64,000 nt of DNA from Acidimicrobiia bacterium. Its GTDB lineage: Bacteria; Actinomycetota; Acidimicrobiia; Acidimicrobiales; Bin134. The position numbers were made by a program, and so were the translations under genes. Position 1 is the first letter of the stretch. Every line of letters begins with the position of its first letter. The notes below the pieces were generated by a model. That model searched no databases. It was not told where the DNA came from and was given only the letters and a program-made list of their open reading frames with translations. The DNA is taken from the NCBI GenBank assembly GCA_009842675.1, contig VYEX01000064.1, forward strand, positions 2,155-66,154. The letters are read 5' to 3'. This document shows, piece by piece, positions 8,098 to 16,510 of this stretch.

Positions 8098-9225
8098 TCA
8101 TGGCTTGTTTCCTCCGAGGTTGAAACTGACATCGGCCATCAACAGGCCGGAGATGGCGTGCTGCTGGTCGTCCACTCGTGTTTGATCGTCGTAGTACCAA
8201 GCGCCGTCGTCGGCCTGGGCTTCGGCCAAGCGGGCCGCGCCGCACTCCAGCCGATCCCGCAACGGAGCGTCGGCGAGGCGGGGCTCGTTGAGCCAGAGCC
8301 ACTCCAGGGCGCCCAGCCCCTCCAGAATGGTCCCGTAGCCGCCGCCGCGTGGCATGGGCAGATGGGAGATCTTGGCCACGCCCTCCCGCTGGGCGTCCCA
8401 GCGGATCATCTGCCCGAACCGCCCGGCCAAGCGCTCGGCATAGGCCAGGTGGTGGTCTTCCAAGCCCCACTCGGCCGTCTCGCCCAAGGTGTAGGCCGCC
8501 CACTGATCGGGCCATGGCGGAGGCCAAAGCTCTTCCAACTCGTCCCGCTCGGTGGACAGATAGTCCAAGATGGCCCACACCGGGGCATCCCACCCCTCGC
8601 CGGGAAATATCTCGTGCAAGAGCGCCAAACCCCAAGAGGCCTCGCCGGTGGCGAACCGGGACCGCTCCCCGGGCACCGGAGCGCCGGTCTTGGGGTCCCA
8701 GAAATTGAGCATCCCGCCGTCGGGCAGCTGCTGGCCCACCAGGAACCGGCCCAGCGCCCGCATCTCGCCGTCATAGCGGTCATCGCCGGTGAGGATGCGC
8801 CGATGGGCCAGCGACACCAGCGTCAGCGCGGCCGTGCCGGTTTTCACCGGACCTCGGGGCGACAGCGCCGGTCCCATGCCCCCGTTGCTGGTGTCCACGG
8901 CCCGCTCCAACAGGTAGTTCATGCCCCGATCGGCGGCTTCCACTACCTCCTGGTTTTGGCCCTCTTGGACAATGGCCAGCTGGTAGAGCGACATGGTGCC
9001 CCCGGCGTGGCGGACCAGGTTGTACCCCGGCTTCGCTGACTCAATTCGCCGGTCGTACTCGTACAGGTACCGCCCGCTGGGCTCCTGGGTGCGGACGATC
9101 CAGTCGGCCCCGGCGTCGATGGCCGACTGGCCGTCGCCGGGGGAGTAGGCCGGGCACACCTCGGGCGCGGCCAGCGTCACCCGCAACAACGCGGCCATCA
9201 CCACCCACACCACCGCCCAGGCCAT
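8098..9225 (-). CDS. membrane-anchored or secreted protein, possibly an alpha/alpha-toroid (terpenoid-cyclase / prenyltransferase-like repeat) fold
   Basis: The ORF is open to 9444. The ATG at 9225 (MAWAVVWVVMAALL, signal/anchor) avoids overlap with the upstream HTTM gene. Trp/Gly-rich repeats (QQLPDGG, ADDGAWYY). The family call is tentative. Confidence 0.45.
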   Translation of the reverse strand: MAWAVVWVVMAALLRVTLAAPEVCPAYSPGDGQSAIDAGADWIVRTQEPSGRYLYEYDRRIESAKPGYNLVRHAGGTMSLYQLAIVQEGQNQEVVEAADRGMNYLLERAVDTSNGGMGPALSPRGPVKTGTAALTLVSLAHRRILTGDDRYDGEMRALGRFLVGQQLPDGGMLNFWDPKTGAPVPGERSRFATGEASWGLALLHEIFPGEGWDAPVWAILDYLSTERDELEELWPPPWPDQWAAYTLGETAEWGLEDHHLAYAERLAGRFGQMIRWDAQREGVAKISHLPMPRGGGYGTILEGLGALEWLWLNEPRLADAPLRDRLECGAARLAEAQADDGAWYYDDQTRVDDQQHAISGLLMADVSFNLGGNKP

Positions 9226-9278
9226 GAGCCGGCGGGTGGCTCGCCCGGTCCAGAGTCGCCGCAGCGACGACAAAGCGC

Positions 9279-10358
9279 TCACCGGTACCGCCAGAACCGA
9301 GAAAACAGGAAGGTGGCCGGCAGCCGGGTCCGCACGAACTGGCGGGCTTCTCGTCCCTCCAGCACCGTGCCGTCGCGATCCACCATGCTCCACGATGCCC
9401 CTGGCGCCACGGTGATGTCGAACCGGGCCATCCAGTCCAGCCACCGCACCCAGCGACTAGGGGTGACCAGGGTGCGGTCGCGGGTGGAGGGAACTACCCA
9501 CAAGGCCAGGGCGCCGATGGCGATCACGCTGAACACCTGAACGTGGGCGCTCACCTCGATGCCCACGTGGAAGGCCACCGCCACCCACACCGCGGCCAGC
9601 CGGGTTCGGCGGAACCACAGACCGAAGGCGATGAACAGCTCGGTGGCCACCGCGGCTGGTGAAAGCACCCAGTGGAACGCCCGAGCGGTCAGCACGTCCA
9701 AGATGGGGTCGGCCAGCGTGTCGCCTAGGGCGTCGCGCACTTCATGCTGATATCGCACGGTGCGGTCGTGCAGCACCCGACCGCCTACCCAGTCGGGGTC
9801 GATCAGCTTGGAGAACCCCGAGGCGAAGTAGACGACGGCGGCTTCAAACCGCAGCAGCCACAGGGGCCACACCAATCCCCGGTCGTCAGACGGCGGGTGG
9901 CGAAGGGCGTCCAGCGACAGCGCCCGGCCGTTGTCGCACAGGGCCACCCCGGCCAACAGGATGACCAGAAACGCCCGGTTGTGGTGGAAGTGGGTTTGCG
10001 ACAAGAAGAGGTTGTAGGCCACCACCGCGAAGGCGGCCCATGTGGCGGTGCGCGACCACCAGCCCACGGTCATCAGCACTGCGGCGGCCACCCCGACCCA
10101 TAGCAGCGCTACATACAGCCCGGCTGGCGCGTTGGGATACCACGACCACCACGGCTGCTGGAAGCGGTCGTGGTAGGTGATGCCGTCCAGCGCGTCGGCC
10201 AGAAACGGACGCAAGTGCCAGATCACCGACGGACCCAGCACAATGCGCAGCACGGCCACACCCCGCACGCTGGCGGGCTGGTCGAATGCCTCGCTCAGCC
10301 ACCGCTGGTACCTCATCCGCCAGCCGGTGGCCGACGCAGCAGAAGCCGTGGCCGTCAT
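9279..10358 (-). CDS. HTTM domain (vitamin K-dependent gamma-carboxylase-like) integral membrane protein
   Basis: 359 aa. N-terminal VAVLRIVLGPSVIWHL-type HTTM start followed by multiple TM helices. The ATGA overlap with the upstream gene suggests translational coupling. Confidence 0.7.
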   Translation of the reverse strand: MTATASAASATGWRMRYQRWLSEAFDQPASVRGVAVLRIVLGPSVIWHLRPFLADALDGITYHDRFQQPWWSWYPNAPAGLYVALLWVGVAAAVLMTVGWWSRTATWAAFAVVAYNLFLSQTHFHHNRAFLVILLAGVALCDNGRALSLDALRHPPSDDRGLVWPLWLLRFEAAVVYFASGFSKLIDPDWVGGRVLHDRTVRYQHEVRDALGDTLADPILDVLTARAFHWVLSPAAVATELFIAFGLWFRRTRLAAVWVAVAFHVGIEVSAHVQVFSVIAIGALALWVVPSTRDRTLVTPSRWVRWLDWMARFDITVAPGASWSMVDRDGTVLEGREARQFVRTRLPATFLFSRFWRYR

Positions 10359-10849
10359 GGTCCGCCCAGCTCCCGCTCATGGCTGCGGACCACCGTGACA
10401 TAGGGGCCGCGAGCATTGCGGTAGTAAGTGACGGTGGCCTCCAAGTAGAGGGTTTCGGTATCACCGGGGGTGTTGTCGGCCACCCAGTTCAGGGCGTTGT
10501 CCAAGAAGTCCACCACTGCATCCACGCCAGAAAAGGCGTGGCGCTGATGCCATGGAGACCGCAGAGGTCCCCAGTCGATCAGCTCGTTCCAGTGGTAGCC
10601 CTCCCAGCGGCCGTTGGGTACCGGTACTCGCTCGCCGTCGTCCAGAACCCGAACCAGTTCCACTGCATAGGTGCTGGACTCGTTGAACGGCTGGAAGGCG
10701 AAGTAGTTGTGCGGATCCCGGTAGCCATTGGCCACCAGCGCGAGTTGAGCGACCACCACGGCGGCGGCGAACCATCGGGCCCCTCGCCGGCGCCAGAGGG
10801 GGCGGGGCTTGGCCGCCGCCTGTGAGACAGCGTCAGCCGCCGTCGCCAT
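10355..10849 (-). CDS. hypothetical membrane-anchored protein (HTTM-associated)
   Basis: 164 aa. One N-terminal TM helix (WFAAAVVVAQLALVA). Start and stop overlap both neighbours. Confidence 0.45.
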   Translation of the reverse strand: MATAADAVSQAAAKPRPLWRRRGARWFAAAVVVAQLALVANGYRDPHNYFAFQPFNESSTYAVELVRVLDDGERVPVPNGRWEGYHWNELIDWGPLRSPWHQRHAFSGVDAVVDFLDNALNWVADNTPGDTETLYLEATVTYYRNARGPYVTVVRSHERELGGP

Positions 10850-11474
10850 ACCTCTGCTTGTAGGCCTCCAGATCGGGGGGCAGGCGGTCGCGTTTGAGCT
10901 CGGCGAAGTTGTCGTAGGCGGTCAGCCAGCGGGTGTGGCGCCACAGCTCCACCGCCTCTTCGGTCGACTCCGGCGGGTTGCTGATCACCGGGCCGAACAG
11001 CGCTGGGCCTCGGCCGCCTTCTAAACGGATAGTGGGCACCCCGAAGCTGCGGGTCTCGTCGCACAAGATGGTGTGCTCGGACTTCAGCGTCTCCCAGGTG
11101 CTGTCGTCGGCCAGGGCATCATCCACCAGGCTGGCGTCGAATCCGGCGTCGACTGCGGCGGCCTTAATTGTGTCAATCTCATTCACCGACTCCACCAGGT
11201 CGAACACCCGGTGGCCGATGGCCTGGTAGTAGGCGCCGATGCCTTCGTTGCCGCCCACCTCGCGGGCCTTGACCGCGGTGCGCAGCGAGGCCACGCCCAC
11301 TCCCCGGTCAGGGTCAAACTCCTCCATCGGCTTGTCCCAGTTGACGATGGCCAAGGAGAACAGGCCCCAGGTCACGCTCACCTCACCGGCGTCTTCGATC
11401 TGACGAACCCAACGGGCTGTCTGCCAACACCACGGTCAAAGCGGGTCGAAATAAAAGGTGATGGGCTCGCTCAT
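10833..11474 (-). CDS. DsbA/FrnE-like thioredoxin-fold oxidoreductase with in-frame TGA at the first CxxC position (candidate selenoprotein, otherwise a pseudogene)
   Basis: The ATG at 11474 is preceded by GGGAGAG. It reads MSEPITFYFDPL-TGA(11438-11436)-PWCWQTARWVRQIEDAGEVSVTWGLF and continues in frame into the track ORF 10833..11381. The TGA sits where DsbA-family proteins carry the nucleophilic Cys. Confidence 0.55.
11402..11421 (-). promoter_or_regulatory. candidate bacterial SECIS-like hairpin
   Basis: mRNA 5'-GAC AGCCC GUU GGGUU C GUC-3' forms an 8-bp stem (one G-U pair, one bulged C). The G/U-containing apical loop starts 14 nt after the UGA. Confidence 0.3.
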
Positions 11475-11512
11475 CAGGCTCTCTCCCTGTTCCAGTTCAT
11501 CGGACTCTCAAT

Positions 11513-12535
11513 TTAACCCAGGATGACCTCGGCGATGGTCCGCAGCTCGTCTGCCGATCGGGCGCCCACGTTGATGCCGGTGATCGGGCTCTCCTCCCAG
11601 GCCGCCAGCCGGTCGCGGATCCGCTCTGGCGATCCCACCAGGGAGATCTCGTCGGCGAATTGGTCGGGCACCGCGGCAATGGCCTCTTCCCGCCGGCCCT
11701 CAAAGAAGAGGTCTTGGATGTGGTAGGCCTCCTCCTCGAACCCCATCCGGGCCATGAGCTTGGTGTGGTAGTTCTGGCCCTTGGCCCCCATGCCCCCGAT
11801 GTAGAAGCCCAGCGAGGCCTTGGTGGGCAACAGCGCTTCGGCCAGCTCTTCGTCGGAGTTGCCGGTGACCTTGATCGTGGTGTGGACGGTGATCTCGAAG
11901 TCGTCGGAGCGCCCGGCGATCGATTCGGCGTACACCTCGGGGCGGAACGGGGAGTAGTACAGCGGCAGCCAGCCGTCGGCGATTTCCACCGTCTGGGCGA
12001 TGTTCTTGGGACCCTCGGCGCCGATGAAGATGGGGATGTCGGCCCGGGGGGGATGGGTCATGATCTTGAGCGGCTTGCCCAGGCCGGTGTCGCCCTCTCC
12101 CTTGTAGGGGTGGTTGTAGTAGTCGCCCTCGAAGGTCAGATAGCCGTCTCGGGCGAACACCCGCCGCAGGATCTCCACGTACTCCCGGGTGCGGGCCAGA
12201 GGACGGTTGCCGGGTTGGCCGTACCATCCCTCCACCACTTGGGGGCCGGACACGCCCAAGCCCAGGATGAGCCGCTGGTTGGACAGGTGGTCGGCGGTGA
12301 CTGCATGCATGGCCGTTGCCGTGGGGGTGCGGGCGGCCAGCTGCACGATGCCGGTGCCCAAGCGGATGCGCTCGGTGTGGGCGGCCAGCCAGACCAGGGG
12401 CGAAAAGGCGTCGGAGCCCCACGACTCCGCCGTCCACACCGAGTCGTAGCCCATCCGCTCGGCCTCCTGGGTTAGGGGCACGAAGCCCTCCGGCATCCCA
12501 CGGCTCCAATATCCCCAGACCAGTCCGAGTTTCAT
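11513..12535 (-). CDS. LLM-class (luciferase-like) F420-dependent oxidoreductase
   Basis: 340 aa. [10 protein letters not shown]...[16 protein letters not shown]...[16 protein letters not shown] is typical of the family. Confidence 0.8.
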   Translation of the reverse strand: MKLGLVWGYWSRGMPEGFVPLTQEAERMGYDSVWTAESWGSDAFSPLVWLAAHTERIRLGTGIVQLAARTPTATAMHAVTADHLSNQRLILGLGVSGPQVVEGWYGQPGNRPLARTREYVEILRRVFARDGYLTFEGDYYNHPYKGEGDTGLGKPLKIMTHPPRADIPIFIGAEGPKNIAQTVEIADGWLPLYYSPFRPEVYAESIAGRSDDFEITVHTTIKVTGNSDEELAEALLPTKASLGFYIGGMGAKGQNYHTKLMARMGFEEEAYHIQDLFFEGRREEAIAAVPDQFADEISLVGSPERIRDRLAAWEESPITGINVGARSADELRTIAEVILG

Positions 12536-12642
12536 GGCGGCGACCCTATCCCGATCACCTGCTGAGACCGTTGTCGGGATTGGGCGCGAGTGCCCCTATC
12601 CGTTTGCCGCTGGCCGTTCCCCGACCGGTAACATGGTTCCCT

Positions 12643-12879
12643 ATGTCCAAGGTCTGCCAGGTGACCGGTCGTCGCCCGTCGTTCGGCAATAACGTGTCCC
12701 ACTCGCACCGCAAAACGCGGCGCCGGTGGAACCCGAACGTCCACAAACACCGCTTCTGGGTACCGTCGGAGAAGCGATGGATCACCCTCAATGTGTCGGC
12801 CAAAGGTCTCAAAACCATCAACAAGCACGGCATCGACAAAGTGGTGGCCCAGATGCGCCAGCGCGGGGAGAAGTTCTGA
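12643..12879 (+). CDS. rpmB: 50S ribosomal protein L28
   Basis: [65 protein letters not shown] is near-colinear with E. coli L28. The internal ATG of track ORF 12316..12879 was used as the start. Confidence 0.9.
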   Translation: MSKVCQVTGRRPSFGNNVSHSHRKTRRRWNPNVHKHRFWVPSEKRWITLNVSAKGLKTINKHGIDKVVAQMRQRGEKF

Positions 12880-12882
12880 GCC

Positions 12883-13044
12883 ATGGCTAGCGACAAACGA
12901 CCGATCATCAAGCTGAAGTCCACGGCGGGAACCGGCTACACCTACGTGACCACCAAGAACCGCATCAACGACCGGGAGCGGATCGAGCTCAAGAAGTACG
13001 ACCCTGTGGCCCGCAAGCACGTCGTGTTCAAGGAGGAGCGGTAG
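12883..13044 (+). CDS. rpmG: 50S ribosomal protein L33
   Basis: 53-aa ORF, below the track cutoff, read directly from the sequence. [53 protein letters not shown]. Starts 3 nt after rpmB. Confidence 0.9.
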   Translation: MASDKRPIIKLKSTAGTGYTYVTTKNRINDRERIELKKYDPVARKHVVFKEER

Positions 13045-13067
13045 CCACCGCCGACGACGAGCCCAGG

Positions 13068-13856
13068 GTGCTCCTGACGGCCGCACAGCTGGCCGAACGG
13101 AGAGAGACTTTGACGGCTGCACTGCTGGCCGAAGACCCTGCCCCGCCGCTGTGGCATCTGGTTGACTCCGGCCTCGCCGACGAGATCGTTCCCGAACTGC
13201 CCGCGCTCCGTTTGGAGCAGGACCCCATCCACCGCCACAAAGACGTGCTGGCCCACACCATTGCGGTGGTGGCCAAGACCCGCGCTGACCTGGTTTTGCG
13301 GTTGGCCACGCTGTTCCACGACGTGGGCAAGCCCCGCACCCGCTCCTATGAGCGGGGAACGGTCACCTTCTACCACCACGAGGCGGTGGGGGCCCGCATG
13401 ACCCGCAAGCGCCTCACCGAGCTGGGCTATCCCGAGGAGGTGGTGGACGACGTGAGCGAACTGGTGCGGCTGTCGGGTCGGTTCAAGGGCTACGCCGACG
13501 GCTGGAGCGATGCCGCGGTGCGCCGCTATGCCCGAGAGGCTGGTCCCCTGTTGGGCTACCTCAACGAATTGGTGAGAGCCGACTGCACCACCCGGAACCT
13601 CCAGAAGGCCAACGATCTCCAGCACCATGTCGACGATCTGGAAGCCCGGATTGCCCGACTAGCCGATGAGGAGCGCCGGGCGGCTGAGCGGCCGTTGATC
13701 GACGGCAACGAGGTCATGGAGCGCTATGGAATCGGCCCTGGACCCGAGGTGGGCGCGGCGCTGAAGTTCCTCTTGGAGCTGAAGCGGTCCGAACCCGACC
13801 TGGACCGGCCCGCAACCGAGGCCCGACTCGACGCCTGGTGGGCTGAGAACCGCTAA
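13068..13856 (+). CDS. HD-domain protein resembling the C-terminal half of actinobacterial CCA-adding enzyme
   Basis: 262 aa, GTG start. HRHKDVLAHT...LFHDVGKP HD motif. No nucleotidyltransferase head domain is present upstream. Confidence 0.7.
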   Translation: MLLTAAQLAERRETLTAALLAEDPAPPLWHLVDSGLADEIVPELPALRLEQDPIHRHKDVLAHTIAVVAKTRADLVLRLATLFHDVGKPRTRSYERGTVTFYHHEAVGARMTRKRLTELGYPEEVVDDVSELVRLSGRFKGYADGWSDAAVRRYAREAGPLLGYLNELVRADCTTRNLQKANDLQHHVDDLEARIARLADEERRAAERPLIDGNEVMERYGIGPGPEVGAALKFLLELKRSEPDLDRPATEARLDAWWAENR

Positions 13857-13924
13857 ATCCCCTGGTCAAGCGGTGACATAAAAGTGGGCGGTGGCCGGGC
13901 TAGCCTCCGATCGGGAGTTGTCAA

Positions 13925-15652
13925 TTGGCCGGTCGAATTGTTGTTCTCATAGCAGTTTTGTTGCTGGCCTCGTCCTGTTCTGACCGCTCTGCCGGCCAAC
14001 CGGATTCTCAGCCGACGAGCGCTTCAGAGACTCCCATTCCCTCCGAATCAAGCCCTGCGCCCACGGCAAATCCCACTGCGGTCGCCACTACGCCGGAGCC
14101 GCCTGCGCCCACTGAGGCCCCCACGACGACGGCGGTCCCCGAGTCCACTGCGACACCAGAGCCCACCGCGGCACCCACGCCTACTGCGACGCCCGAGCCG
14201 ACCCCGGCACCCGAACCCACTGAGGCACCCACGCCGACCCCGACGCCCGAGGCGACCCCGACCCCCGAACCCATAGGGGACGATCGCGAGTGCTCGCCAC
14301 AAGTCCCCGACGACTTCCGTCTGTCCACCACCGATCTCGCCCCGGCCAGTGTCCAGATAACGCAGGCGGCCTATAGCTGTGCTCATGAGGTCGGCATTGC
14401 ACTGGCCCGGGACCATGCTGCGATTGCCACACTGGCGTCTCGTGGGGTCAACGGCCCGCTGCTGCTGCTTGAATCGTGGTTCGAACCCGCATTCATGGCC
14501 GAGCTTGGGCGTCTCGCCCCCCAGGTAGTGGTGGTGGCCGGGTTCGAAGAACAGGTCCTCGATACCTCCTTGGCCGACTTCGAATTCGAGCTGATGTCTG
14601 TCGATGAGGAGGCCACGGTGCCTCCCTCCGAAGGGTCCAGCGACCGCATCTGGCTAGTCGGCGATGATGCGCCGGTGGCCACGCTGACTGCACTGGGCGC
14701 CCCAATCGGCGCCCGGGCAGTGATTGTCGGCGGCGATCTGCGAGCCCTTCCTCCCGAGACGATGGAGATGATTCTCGGCGCCTCCCAGGTTGAAGTGCTC
14801 TCCGACCTCGGGGAGGACGCAGACTGGCAGTTGGCGGTGGTCCTCCGGGGCGATGAACTGCCCGGTGGCGGGTGGCTCATGTTCGATGCCGGTTTCAACC
14901 GCCGTCTAGTGGCGATGTACGGACACCCGTCGACGCCAGGCCTCGGGGTGCTGGGCGAGCAGGACGCCGAAGAGGGAGTCGAGCGCCTCCAGACCATCGC
15001 CGAGGGCTACGACGCCGACGGCGCCGTGATACTGCCCACCTTCGAGATCATTGCCACCGTTGCCTCTGCCGGCCCCGGAGAGGACGGGGACTATTCGGCT
15101 GAGACCACCCGGGCTGAGATACGGCCTTGGGTCGAGACAGCGGCGGCCAACGATATGTACGTGGTGCTGGACCTACAGCCGGGGCGAACCGACTACCTCA
15201 CCCAGGCCAAGATCTACGAAGAGTTCCTGCGCCTGCCCAATGTCGGCCTTGCGCTGGATCCCGAGTGGAGGCTCAAGCCAAACGAGGTTCATTTGCGCCA
15301 GATCGGCACGGTCGACGCCGAAGAGATCAACCAGGTTGTCGAGTGGCTAGCCGGAATTGTCCGTGAGGAAGCCCTTCCCCAGAAGCTGCTGATCCTTCAC
15401 CAGTTCCGCTTGCAGATGATCACTAACCGTCATCTGGTTGAGACTCCTCCAGAGCTGGCGGTGTTGGTCCACATGGACGGTCAGGGTCCGGTTCGAGACA
15501 AGATCAACACCTGGAACTTGTTGACCAGACAGCCCGATGCCGGGCAGTTCTATTGGGGTTGGAAGAACTTCTTCGACGAGGACTTCACCATCGCAACCCC
15601 GGATCAAGTACTGGAACTAACCCCCACACCTTTGTTCGTTTCGTTCCAGTAG
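13925..15652 (+). CDS. secreted lipoprotein with Pro/Thr-rich linker; function unknown
   Basis: 575 aa, TTG start. Lipobox LLASSC. A roughly 90-aa PT/PE linker is followed by a globular C-terminal region. Confidence 0.6.
   Translation: MAGRIVVLIAVLLLASSCSDRSAGQPDSQPTSASETPIPSESSPAPTANPTAVATTPEPPAPTEAPTTTAVPESTATPEPTAAPTPTATPEPTPAPEPTEAPTPTPTPEATPTPEPIGDDRECSPQVPDDFRLSTTDLAPASVQITQAAYSCAHEVGIALARDHAAIATLASRGVNGPLLLLESWFEPAFMAELGRLAPQVVVVAGFEEQVLDTSLADFEFELMSVDEEATVPPSEGSSDRIWLVGDDAPVATLTALGAPIGARAVIVGGDLRALPPETMEMILGASQVEVLSDLGEDADWQLAVVLRGDELPGGGWLMFDAGFNRRLVAMYGHPSTPGLGVLGEQDAEEGVERLQTIAEGYDADGAVILPTFEIIATVASAGPGEDGDYSAETTRAEIRPWVETAAANDMYVVLDLQPGRTDYLTQAKIYEEFLRLPNVGLALDPEWRLKPNEVHLRQIGTVDAEEINQVVEWLAGIVREEALPQKLLILHQFRLQMITNRHLVETPPELAVLVHMDGQGPVRDKINTWNLLTRQPDAGQFYWGWKNFFDEDFTIATPDQVLELTPTPLFVSFQ
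14010..14282 (+). repeat. in-frame low-complexity Pro/Thr/Glu/Ala-coding repeats
   Basis: Encodes ...PTANPTAVATTPEPPAPTEAPTTTAVPESTATPEPTAAPTPTATPEPTPAPEPTEAPTPTPTPEATPTPEP. Confidence 0.8.
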
Positions 15653-15679
15653 GGCCTGACCCAGGCTGACAACTCGCCG

Positions 15680-16444
15680 CTAGAGCTGGTCGATGTAGGT
15701 GTCGGTGCCCACCACGGTCTTGTAGAACGGACCGGCCCAGCAAACGCTGGCCAAGCCCGAGCCGTTGACGGCGTCCACATACGATGCGAACGAGTCCCAA
15801 CAACCGTCGGGCTGCTCGTCGCAGAAGAAGATTTGGAGGGTGCGGGCCTCGGTGCCGGTGCCCGAGCCCAGATCCATGGGGGAGTTGGAGGTGATCTCGT
15901 CGCGCTGGCGGGGCTTCCAGGTGGAACCGATGGCCACCGGCGAGCCAGCCATCATCTCGGGCATGGCGGTGTCCCGCAGGAAGGCGTGGAGTTCGTCTTC
16001 GCTCACCCCGTCGGCCCTGTCCATGGCCACCACTCCGATGCCGGCGTAGCCGTGATCGAGGGCCAGCTCCAGGGGCACCGGGTCGCCATCGCGGTAGGCA
16101 GCCCAGCCGACGTCGGCCAAGATGGTGTGGCGGTGGGTGCGCTCAGCGAATCCCCGGTCGTTGGTGTACAGCCAGTGAACCTGGTCGCCAGCCCACTTCC
16201 AGTGCTCCTCGTCGTGGCCGTCGAGCACCCAGTAAACGGCCAGGAATGAGCCGTCGCCGGCCTGCGACACTTCGCCGCTGCCGTCGGTGATGCGCATGTC
16301 CTTGAGCGCCCGGGGGGCCACCCAGCGGGAACCGGCGAACATCCAGGGGCCGATCATGCACCCGGCGTAGAAGTGGTCTCGCTCGTACCAGCGGTTGTAC
16401 TCCTTCTCGTGGCCCGGATTGGGGTCCACAAGGGTGAAGAGCAT
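15680..16444 (-). CDS. conserved hypothetical protein
   Basis: The ATG at 16444 (MLFTLVDPNPGHEKEYNRWYERDHFYAG) has high GC3. The rest of track ORF 15680..17503 runs antisense to the thiolase-like gene. Confidence 0.5.
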   Translation of the reverse strand: MLFTLVDPNPGHEKEYNRWYERDHFYAGCMIGPWMFAGSRWVAPRALKDMRITDGSGEVSQAGDGSFLAVYWVLDGHDEEHWKWAGDQVHWLYTNDRGFAERTHRHTILADVGWAAYRDGDPVPLELALDHGYAGIGVVAMDRADGVSEDELHAFLRDTAMPEMMAGSPVAIGSTWKPRQRDEITSNSPMDLGSGTGTEARTLQIFFCDEQPDGCWDSFASYVDAVNGSGLASVCWAGPFYKTVVGTDTYIDQL

Positions 16445-16510
16445 GCTGCCAACGTGGATGGGATAGTCGTTCACGTCGCCCGAAGATAGCCGTTGCGCTC
16501 TAGTGTCGGC

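Noticed and set aside
8032-9039. 335-aa plus-strand ORF opposite the 8098..9225 gene.
   Set aside because: The product is Pro/Gly/Ala/Gln-rich and low in complexity, with no motifs. The opposite strand has better codon bias and operon context.
10833-11381. The DsbA-like ORF as delimited in the track (GTG start at 11381).
   Set aside because: That start would remove the beta1-CxxC active-site segment. This segment is clearly encoded in frame upstream, across a single TGA, so the gene was extended to 11474 instead.
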